64,000 nt of DNA, from the NCBI GenBank assembly GCA_973895155.1, contig OZ316891.1, positions 13,795,037 to 13,859,036 on the forward strand, read 5' to 3'. This DNA comes from Marsupella aquatica (lineage: Eukaryota > Plantae > Marchantiophyta). Positions 1 through 10,200 of the stretch are shown one piece after another. The stretch's first letter is position 1. Every line of letters begins with the position of its first letter. A program made the position numbers and the translations under genes. The notes below the pieces were generated by a model. It made no database searches. It was not told the DNA's origin and saw only the letters and a program-made list of their open reading frames with translations.

Positions 1-959
1 CTATACCTTCTAGTGCTACCATGAAAAGTATCCATCTCTAGGGCATATGTTTTCCACTCAGGATGTTGTGCAAGGATCATGTTCCAGTGTCTTCTCTGAC
101 TTGTAGATGGGTCCACCATATGGGAACAAAGTAGGACCCTCTCTACCACGAGCACTTGACCCACTCCCATCATCCATGATGATATCCTCACAAGCAAATA
201 CTCCATATCCGTGTCTCTCTCCAAGTGTGGAAGCTTTCACAATCCAACGTCTACCCCAAACCACAATCTCCTCATCATAACCGGGAAAATAAGGCAAGCC
301 AAGAGTCATAGGATCCCAATCTTTGATGATAGAGGCACACTTGCCAGTGAATGAACAAATGCCCCACCTACCCTCAACTAGTGTTCTTGATGGGTCATTG
401 GGTGCTCGTGGCCTCCTCTTGGACTGGGGCCTGGACCGGGGTCTTTGTGTCTCAGTGGGCACATGAGACTGTTCCTCTTCAGTCCCATGATTGGTACTGA
501 TCCCTACACCCAAGGCTTGTGAAAGTGCATTGCCTATAGCATCTAAAACTCCTTGTGATGGGACATAGGGTGGTGGTGTCACCGGTCTACGCATACTGGA
601 TCCCTATTCCATGCAAAAACCCACAAAAAACCATATGTGTAAACATTGATTCACTTATGAAAATATGAGGGAAAAAAGGCAAACAATTGAAATCCATGTA
701 CCATATGGGATGAAGAAGCCCCCGGAGTAAGACCCCTGTGACGTCCATATCTCTCAATATGTTGAGCACACACATAAGATTTTTGAGAAACTTGGCCCAC
801 ACATCTGGTGCACTCACAAAGTCTCCGGGGAGGACCACGAGGACCGGTAACCTCAGGTTGAGGAGGAGGGGGTACATCATCGGAGGAGGAGTACTCACTA
901 CTGGATAGTTCGGGGGAGGATGACATATCCACTGCCACATTACATTGCATGTAGGGCAT
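1..959 (-). pseudogene. Transposon-borne gene: transposase-associated Cys/His module joined to a SET-domain-like region; frameshifted and running off the window edge
   Basis: Exon 959-702 (RLCECTRCVGQ...VCAQHIERYG), a GT-AG intron 701-604 in phase 0, then an exon from 603 encoding WIVKASTLGERHGYGVFACEDI...TLFPYGGPIY. After a frameshift near 90 the frame reads HWNMILAQHPEWKTYALEMDTF to the window edge. Confidence 0.6.
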
Positions 960-3135
960 GATTAGAATCCCTCTCGGCCAAAAAATATCCTAAAACTAAA
1001 CTACAAAAACCCTTTTTTGTTTAGCATGAAACCCAAAGGAGAGTGTCATGCACAAAAATATCACATTGTCACCCTTGGGAAAATTGTAATGGTCTAAGCC
1101 CTGAATTAGGTTAGTGAATTACCTGAATGAGACCCGGGCTCAACAGTGCCTATAGGTCGTGTGGCTCAATGAACATGAGCCAAATCTAGAAGTAGAACAG
1201 AAAGCCTTAAAGGATGGGTCCAAGGCCTTAATTCTCTTTTTCAAAATTTTCTGATTTTCCAAAATGTCATAAAAAAACAACACAAAAAATCATCATATAT
1301 TTAATATTTCCTGACCTTGGACTTTCACACCATAATTAACACAATGCTTTAGACACAAGTTTTTTCATAATTAATATTTCCAATTTGACTCCTCAATATA
1401 AGTCTCAACATTGGAGTTTGGGCTCAAAGATCACCAACAAATTAAATGTTACAAGAAAATATCCTCTTTATGAACAAAGTCACTAACAACATCAGAGATC
1501 AGAAGCCTTCACCCATCACAAATCAACACTCAATTGCCCTTGGCAGCCTATGTTTAATCGCTAATTGCCCATGGTCCTATACCCTTTACGGGTTACATGT
1601 TGTCATTTTGTCCATCGCAGCTGGTCGCAACTCGCCCATTGCAATGTGCCTATCATAGCTCACTCCTGAGCTCACTCATCTTCCATCATGGATTGTTGTT
1701 ACCCAACTTTGCCCTTTGCCTTTTAAAAACCTAAGCTTAGTGTATTCATGAAGCTTGTGCATCCAAAAGCTTCATGAATTCATGAATCCTGTTTTCAAGA
1801 TTCTTTAATCTTGATCCAAGATTCTTTGTCATGAATTCATGAAGGGAATCTGGCATCAAGTTTGGGAATCTTAAAAAGAGAGAAAAATTGCATACAAACA
1901 TAAAGAAAATAATTAAAAGAAAGGTTACTCAAGACAAAGAAAATGACAAAAAAAGGAACAAAAAATGATTCAATTAAGACAAAAAGAGTTATGGATGAAG
2001 AATTTGACAAGGAACACAAACTCAAGTAAAGACAAAGAGAGTAATGAATGATTACTTTGGAATAAAGTACAAGAAAACATCAACTCCAATAAAGACAAAG
2101 AGTATTATAAATGCTAGGAAAACTTTGGTATTTTACTATGCAAAGTTCTAATTAAAAATTAAGAATGAAGTTTCTTTCTAAGTGAATGCAAATAAGTATT
2201 CCAATCCACTAAAACTTATGTGAACATTAGAGATTTGGGAATGAGAGAGTTGGAGTAACTATTGCTACTTAAATTTGTTGAGATTCAAAAATATTAAAAT
2301 GACTAACTCATGAATTCATGAATCATTTCTAAGGGAGGGTTACACTTTGAAAATAATAATATTGTAATTGGTTTGTGTGAGATAGATAAAGACAAACAAT
2401 TCATTACAAGAGTCATTTGAAATTTCTAGTATATATTTGAAAGTGTTTTAGATATTTCTGATTCCAATCAACTTTAAGATGGTATTTTAAGGATAAACTA
2501 GACAAATGATCACTTGAACATGTGCAAGTGCAAATTGTTAAGATTGAAAATAGATCATACGAAGATTAAAAATTTATTATGGTCCATTTTATGTTTTGAA
2601 TGGCTCAAAATGATAACATATTTTGGGCATTTTTTCCATCCATGAAGATTTTGCAAAGAAAGGGATAGTTTTTAGGTTCATTTTTGGGCATTTTTGAGCT
2701 TTTTGCGCTTTTGGAGCAAAAGTTCTTTTAGTTTGGGCTTATTACCCATCCTTTTTGGCTCCTTGTTGTAGGAGGAAAATACTGGAAACAAAATGTAAGT
2801 TTTGGATAGTCATTAGCATCTCTCAAGTTGTGGAACCCCAAACATAAGTTACACATATATATATTCTTGCAAAACAAAAAATGGCAAGGTTTATGAAAAA
2901 TCTCCACTAACAACACTACATACATGTTATACCTTTTAGATGCCTGGGTTCCCACAATGCATATGCATTAGACAAAAGTTGAGGAAGTAGTGATGTCCCT
3001 GGGCTGTATCATGATTACATGGGTTTTCCCCTCAATTGTTAGCATAAAAACCTCTTAGAACTTGCCCTCATAAGTTACCATCAAATTAACCCAAGTGTCC
3101 ATGAAAATAGAACCTGTCTTTCCCTTCTAAGTTGG

Positions 3136-3530
3136 CCTAAACCCCAAAAGCCAAAACATAAACACCTCCTCTTACTCCAATACATATAAGCCAAACATTC
3201 ATAAAATGAAATCCCCCTGGCCAAACCCAAAACATAAAACACCTCATATTACCCTCCAATCTAAGCCCAACGTACCTTCATAAAATAAACCCTCCCCCAA
3301 CCAAACCAAACGTCAAACATAAAATCCCTCCATTTACCCTCCAATACACATAACCCCAACCTTCATAAAATAAAAACCCTCCCAACCAGGCAAAACCCAA
3401 AAGCCAAAATATAAATCCCCGTCTCTTACCTTCCAATATAACCCCCAACCTTTTGAAATAACACTCCCCCCCCAACCAGGCCAAACCCAAAAGCCGTAAC
3501 ATAAGACCCCTTCTCTTACCCTCCAATGTC
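3136..3530. repeat. Degenerate ~85-bp tandem repeat, about 5 units, inside the CACTA element
   Basis: Units CCAAACCCAAAAGCC...ACATAA...TTACCCTCCAAT...CTTCATAAAAT start at about 3136, 3221, 3301, 3391 and 3481. Confidence 0.8.
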
Positions 3531-3867
3531 AGCACTTTTAAACCCCCCAACCCTTATATGATCACATGCAATGAATTACTTGTACCAAATTTAATGTTTA
3601 TGACCCCTCTTAGTATCCCTGCTCACAGAAAATACACATGCGAGATGGGGGTTTTCGCAAACCCAATAGCGAACACGTTTGTGAAGCTGTATTCTTCGCA
3701 AAGATAGCGTTTGCAAAGCTGGATGAGAAGGTAGAACCATCGCAAACTGTGATGCGAATGACTTTGCAAACCCTAACTCTACTGTCCTTATCATTTGCCG
3801 AGCTCGGACGAGGTGGATCCATTTCTTTCGGGCCTTGGGAGAGAGCAGCGCAGGCAAGGGAGGAGCG

Positions 3868-5999
3868 ATGGCAAGCAAAGGGGGAACTGGAGGTGATGGA
3901 GGAGCTTCTAGCAGCAGCGGAGGCAACCACTTAGAGGAGGAGGATCAACTTCAAAAGATCGTGGATGACCATTTCTCGGTTGCGCAGTTGAGTAAGATTG
4001 ATTTCACCTCTCCAGCAGGGCTTGCATCGTTGAGTGCATTATTGGGCCAGGCCTTGCAATCTGGTCTCAGTGCAGGGAAAGCAGCAAGAGAGGAGGAAGA
4101 AAGGAGGACAGCCGAGCAGAAGGCCGTTGAGAAGAAGCGAAAGAGGGATGAGAGAGCTCAAGCTGGAGTACTCTCCCCTCAAGCCTTGGAAAAGAAGAGG
4201 AGGAAAGATGAGAGAGACTTGATGAGGAAACAGAGGGAGGAGCAGAGAAAGAAGGAGGAGGCAAGGAGGAAGCTGCCTCTGATTACATTAGAGGATGAGG
4301 GAATTCCCACAGAGCTTGCTTACAATGGGGCCAAGAGCACAATCAAACACATTGTGTCCACAAATTTTGCAAGAGGAGTCGAGTGGGGCACTCTCTCCAA
4401 GGCAGAGCAGAAGCGAGTGATCAATCAGGTGAAAGATGCATTCCGAAATGGAGGAGAGATGGATTCACAGTGGCTTGCTGATAAAATCTCAAATTCCATG
4501 TCACAAGCATGATACCATGACAGGATGAAGATCAGGGCTCACCTGAGAGATCTGGAGGAGTACAGGAATTTGGGGAGGCCGCTGCAGTTCTCAAAAGATA
4601 TCTGGCAGGCCTTCTACGCCACGGAGGTGAAGTTGAAAGCAGCTAGGGTCCTGAATGAATTTATAGAGAAGTTGACAAAGGCCCGGAAGGCAAAGGAGGC
4701 CGGGAAGTCTGACCGTGACCTGAAGATGATGGAGCAGAAGGTGGCCTAGCTGCAGTAGGTTGTAGCAGAGGTGGGAGATCCGCCCAACAAGTTCTTGAAG
4801 GCAGCTGAGAGAGTCCGAGAAAAGCCCAACATCACCCACAGGCTTGGTCAAGGTGGCCTCCCCGGCCTCAAAGCAACATTTGTGAGTGCACCGCCCTCTC
4901 CTCTCTTGACTTCTTACTCCTCCAATTTCTATTCCAACACACCTGCAATGCCCCAACTCTTTTCTGCTGTGGCACCAAGTACTTCCAATTGGAGTTGTTG
5001 TGTCAGATTAGGTCACGTACATTTGCTTCCCTTTTGACTTTTCGTCATAACAGAGTTTGCGAAGCAATTGCGATGCGCGTCGCTTTGGAACTGCTTCGCA
5101 AACCTTGTTATTCACTTTTTTGGAAATAATTTTGCGATGCCCTTGCGAAGCCATGCGCATCTCAATTACTTTCGCAACCTAGTTTTCCCTTACGTTTGCG
5201 AAGCTGGAGACTTCGCAAAATTCAAAATTTGAATTTTCAATGAAAATTTCAAAACGTTCAAATGTTGTTTGAGGGTCGTAAGTCCCCATGCCACCCTTGT
5301 AAAACCACCCCCCCAACCTAAGCCCCAACCCCACCAGCACCTAATTAACCCCTCTAATTGTTTTAAGGCATTTTGGCTTGCCGTTATTGCTTGGTTTTGA
5401 CCAATTGTGCCGGTTTTTGTTTTGGTTAGTACAAGAGGTACAAGAGAAAGATTACAGCGTCTGAGATGGAGGTGGGCCAGAAACATGGGAAGGAGCATCT
5501 CTTTCGGCAAGTTGATCAATTATTGGTGAGCGTTAATTTTCAGGTTAATGTGTTGCTTGCATTTATGAAAAATTCCCTCTTATGTCATTCACTTAATTGT
5601 AAGGTTCTATATGACTAATGCATGGCTGGTTTGCTAATGTAACAGAGACCGGATGATGATGGTGACTCTACCGAGGGTGATAGTAGCGATGAGGATGAGG
5701 AGGGGACAGGGGAGGGGAGTACTGCTCCTGCTAGTCGAGTCAGGCCAACTAGCACTGGAGAGCAGTCATTTGCATCAGCACACTCCACTGGTGCTACGAG
5801 TGGTAGTGCGGTAGGGGATGGGGATGGGGATGGGGATGGTGATGGTGGTGGTGATGGGGATGAGGATGAGGATGAGGAGGGAGACCAAGAGGAGGAGGAG
5901 GCCCCGGTCCCCCCCAAGAGCACTCAAGGGCAAGGAGAAGGCCAAGGGGAAGAAGTCAAGGAGGGGCAGGAACTCTCCTTTCTAGCTCTATCTAGATAG
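3868..5999 (+). pseudogene. CACTA ORF2 / TnpA-like (Ptta/En/Spm-type) protein, pseudogenised
   Basis: One frame 3868-4881 with in-frame stops at 4510, 4747 and 4756. Motifs RPLQFSKDIWQAFY and NITHRLGQGGLPGL resemble En/Spm ORF2 proteins. Further GT-AG exons at 5430-5525 (YKRYKRKITASEM) and 5646-~5999 (acidic tail). Confidence 0.7.
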
Positions 6000-6229
6000 G
6001 TGCCTAGATTATCCTAGAGACTTAGGTAGTTCACATGTATAGGGGGATTAGCATGGACATGCAACTTTTAGCTAAGGGTTCTTACCCTTCCATTTTGTAA
6101 CTTTTGTACATTTTGAGTAATGCCATTTTAATCGCGGCATTCCGGTCTACCTACATCCCTTTTCTCCCTCCTTCAACTGTATGAATTGTCTCCCTAAACC
6201 ACTAAACCCTATTATACCCTAATACTTCA

Positions 6230-6760
6230 AAAGTACCTTTTGCAAAACACTTGAGAACCAGATGTCATCTCAAATAGCCAAGACACAACCATCGCAAAAC
6301 GTTCTAAACGCTCATCCTCGCAAATTTTGCGACATTTTTTCAATCGCAAATATGCGAACACACGATTTCCGCACGTTTGAGATGTGTTTAATTTCTCAAA
6401 TGTAGCGAACATAAATGTATCGTAGTATTGAGAGAAAGAATGGCTCGCAATGTACCGATGTGTCCTAAATCGCAATCTGGCGATGATTTAAGCATCGCTA
6501 CATTAGCGTTTGTCGGCGAATCGCAAACGCTCCTATACATAGTTCCTGCTTCGCAAATATTGCGGTAGGTATGGCATCGCAGTTGTGCGATGTTGAAAGA
6601 GTCGCAAAGTGCAAAGCTTTTGCGAAGGTCCGGTTGCGAAGGTGTGGGCATGGAAAAGAGCGAAGATGTTGAGATGCGCGGCGTTTCACAACAAGGAGTT
6701 GGCCGATATTGTTTCCTTTGTTGCATGCGAGGGAGGGTGTTTCGCAAAAGAGGGTCATTG
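6230..6760. repeat. CACTA subterminal repeat cluster (TTCGCA/TGCGAA core in both orientations)
   Basis: Many copies of TCGCAA/TTGCGA adjacent to the TAGTG terminus; smaller clusters at 3640-3780 and 5040-5220. Confidence 0.75.
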
Positions 6761-6770
6761 TGTTGTAGTG

Positions 6771-7201
6771 GTAACCACTTCTCCAGTTGCAGCAATTCGA
6801 CAACCAATTCTCTCCATCCACTCAGGTTGCGCTCAGAGTTGTCAAGCTGTATAATGATAGATTTCTCAATGTTGAGAAGGGCTCCCGACAATCTTTCATA
6901 CTTGTTCACAACACTACAAGCAGTGTTAAATTCTTCCTCAGTTGCTCTAAGAAACAGCCCTGTGTCATCTGCAAAGAGTTGGTGGAGCAGCTTTTTCTCA
7001 CGATCAGTGTTGATGCCTTGGAGTTCTCCTGAATCAGTTTGTCCTCAAGGAGGCACATCAATGGTTGAGTGATGAGAGCAAACAGAAGAGATGCAGCATG
7101 ACATCCTTGTCTGACTCCACGTCCCAACGGGATTTCCTTGGTGAATCCCCCACTCACATGCACTTTAGAAACTACATCAATGACCAGACCCTTGATCACA
7201 G
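6771..7201 (-). mobile_element. LINE (L1/Tx1-type) reverse transcriptase fragment, C-terminal part of RT core
   Basis: Encodes VIKGLV...IPLGRGVRQGC...LLF, then LFADDTGLFL and YERLSGALLNIEKS with frameshifts. These are non-LTR RT motifs. Confidence 0.9.
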
Positions 7202-10200
7202 TGGTGGACCTCGCCACCCAGCGCCCCCACCAATCCCAGCACTTGCACCTAAGTGCCCTTGGTGCCCGAACGCCTCCACTGAATACTTCGAGCAAGCATC
7301 CAAGTGCCTCTAGCACCACCAGCGGCCACTCCCATACAAAGCCGCACTTGCTCACCTACACGACCGCTACTCAACGGTCCTCACTGTCTGCACAAACAAC
7401 CAAGCACCTTGGTAAGTAACCCCTTCAGATCTAGAACTCGCCAAGTCTAGCATCCTAACTCAAGCTCAACAAACATTGGTAAATAGGTCAGCGATAGGTC
7501 CTCCCGATGCCATAAGCCGGAACCAGAACCCACGCCCACTGTCCCTCTAGGACAGCTCCTTCCTTGGGCGCGGCCCCGGTTCCCCCTCGTACCTATCCAT
7601 CACCAACTGACCGCCCTGACCTAAGGACATGCTCATGGCCCAAGTAGCGTAGCTTGTCCTAAAGCTTGTCCCAAGCTTGTCTTATGTCACTTGCCTGTCC
7701 AACGATTAATACGTGCAAACCGTACTTTTCCTTGCTTAAACCGTTGGTATCGTATTACGGGGTCGTGGAGGGACGCTATTTGGAGGATTTCCACACCTAA
7801 GTATGAGTATGTTTGATTCCGCTCCCGGAAGTGTATTTTTTGATCAAGTCTATCGACTGGTCTCTCCGTTTTTGATCAAGTCCAAGGGACTGGTCCTACC
7901 ATCTACAACTCATGCCCACCGGGTGAGTGCTGTCACCACCCCCCCCCCCCTCTCTTGGGCAAGCATACCAACATTTACAATAAGATTTGAACACTAGTGA
8001 CAAGGGCAAATGTTTCCACAACGACACCGACCACACGCACTAGGGGAGGAAAACAAACAACACAAGCAACCACAAGTGACACACAAAATATTGGAACCTC
8101 AAGCCAAATCCATATCTCTTGGTGTTTCTCGTAACACATGCAAGGGCAACCCGGCCTCCTGCCGTCTGCCCAACTCCTGCCTCCCGGGGACAAGTGCTAC
8201 GTTCTCCACCTCACTACTCTGGCTTGAACTTCTCCTAATCGGTGCGCTACTCACAAAAGCTACTCCAAAGCATCCAAGTACTACGCTGAGTTCCCCCCCT
8301 CTACTCTGGGGCTCTCCCCCTAAATACCAAAAAACACACCAAAGCACCCCTCACGGGGCCACAACGATGGCGGCTTACCCTAGCGGCGCCGCTAAACCCT
8401 TCACTAAGAAACCCCTAAACTAAAACCATGCGGCACACACATGCGTCTAAAAACCCTAAACCCTAAACTAACAATGGGGCCGACGGTGCCTTCGACGGTG
8501 CCCCAACGTTACTCCGTGAACCGTGAAATTGCAAGAAACCCCACAATGGCCGAAACTAGGCGCCCCTCCACTTGCACTTCTGAGTTCACCCCTGGATAGC
8601 TCTCCTCCTCCTGATCACGAATCACTCAACCGCTCTCTAAACGGACATTGGACGACCAAGTTATGACCGTTTCCGTATCCGTAAACACAACTTCGCCGGG
8701 CCATAACCTGCTCATCCTGGCTCCGTTTGAGGAGCGCCGCCTCTTGTTGGAATCAGCTCCGCGAGCTCTTTCCAACAAGCCCGTGAGTGACCCCTCACAA
8801 AAAAGTTGGAAAGTCCAGGGGCCGTACAACCACGTCCGTACGACCACTCTAATCCTCCTCCTCTTCACTCACGGTGCCCTGGCTTGAGCCCCGTGAGTGA
8901 GCCTCCTCATCACTCTCCACTAGAGTGAGTGCCACTTCACTTCTCTTCTTCTTTACCGGGGTACTCCTTGTGCTAGTGCTCCCCTGCTTTCTCAAATTGG
9001 CCAAGGCCTGCCACGCTTTAATGTACCCCTCACCAATGGTGTCCTTCCATAGGGTAGCCTCTTCTCCGGACCGCAACTCCAACGGTAGAACTTGCCCTGT
9101 GGCCATGGGAGTCCCGGGGGTGACAGACCTGGGTGGCATCCCTGTACTGACCTGAGCCTCCCGTAATGATTTCCGTACCTCCCGGAGCTTCTTCTCCAAG
9201 CCCTTGCTCTTCTCCTGACTCTTCTTGGCTCCATCCAACAAGGGCCCATACTTCCCACTAACCTCCTTCACCACCATCTCAATAGCCTGGGAGATCAAAT
9301 CCGGAGAAAGTGTGGAGCTAGGAGTGCCGGGGCTCTTCCGTTTCCCCAGACTCAAGGCCTCACTCCTCTTTGCTCGTGTCTCAAAGGCGGCCACCTGACT
9401 CCGTAGTGCTCCCACCTGGTTTCTCCACTCCACCACTTCTCCAGAATTCTGCTTCTCTTTGGCCAATGCTTGTCTCAATGCTCCCACCTCTTCTGCTTCC
9501 TTGGCCTTGGTGGACAAGGCTCCCTTCAAGTTGGAGATCTCTACGTGAGCTGCTTGGAGAAGCTTAACCTTCTCATGAATGGTCTCCTCCTTGGCCTTGA
9601 TCACCTCCTTCAGAGACAGGGTACTCTGCTCTAACGTCTCTACTCTGGCTGTGGTGTGCTTGAGAGAATCTCTCAATGCGTGGACTAGCTTGAGTCCCTC
9701 ATGGACTCCCTCTCTGAAATCCCGTAGCTCTGCCAGGTAAACATCCGGAATGTTGTAGGCCAGGGGCTCTTTCGGATCTCCCACGAGTGATTCAAGCCAC
9801 TCCAATGTGTAGTCCTCATCCTGGTTTTCTTCTCCTCTATCTTCATCCCCACCAGCCGACGATGATTCCTCCGTGAGCTTCCCGATAACGGTAGTGGCAA
9901 TACTCCGGATCTCCGTGGTGAGAGATGATTCCGTGTCTTCCTGTCCCGGGGAACCAATCAACCCTTCTGCCCTGGCCAATACAAATGACCCCATCAAATG
10001 TACAGCCCCACCTGGCTTCACACTCCCGAGGTCAGCGGCCAACAGCTTCTTCAACCCGTAGTACCACCATCCGTACACATGGGCTGGGTGGTTCTTGATG
10101 TCCATAGCTACCACGAAATGTTCTTCATTCACCACCCCTGATTGCACGTTGCCAAGGACCCGTTGATGAACCTTGGCCAGGAATCCCTTATACTCAACAT

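Larger units (their letters stand above)
1..6770. mobile_element. CACTA/EnSpm DNA transposon, right arm (left end outside window)
   Basis: Ends in ...TGTTGTAGTG at 6770 (reverse complement CACTACAACA, the CACTA terminus). A dense cluster of TTCGCAAA/TTTGCGAA/ATCGCA subterminal motifs lies at 6230-6760. It contains a TnpA-like pseudogene and a transposase-associated Cys/His module. LINE RT sequence resumes immediately after 6770. Confidence 0.8.

Noticed and set aside
6388-6909. 173-aa ORF as a gene
   Set aside because: Chimeric read-through from LINE RT into the CACTA subterminal repeats.
6912-6920. CACTACAAG as a second CACTA terminus
   Set aside because: It lies inside LINE RT coding sequence (ACSVV on the minus strand) with no subterminal repeats following; coincidental.
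7202-7216. TGGTGGACC as a primer-binding site
   Set aside because: No LTR precedes it (LINE sequence does), and the match to a specific tRNA 3' end could not be established.
8394-8470. Telomeric array (AAACCCT)
   Set aside because: Only a few scattered units inside a TE; telo-box-like at most.
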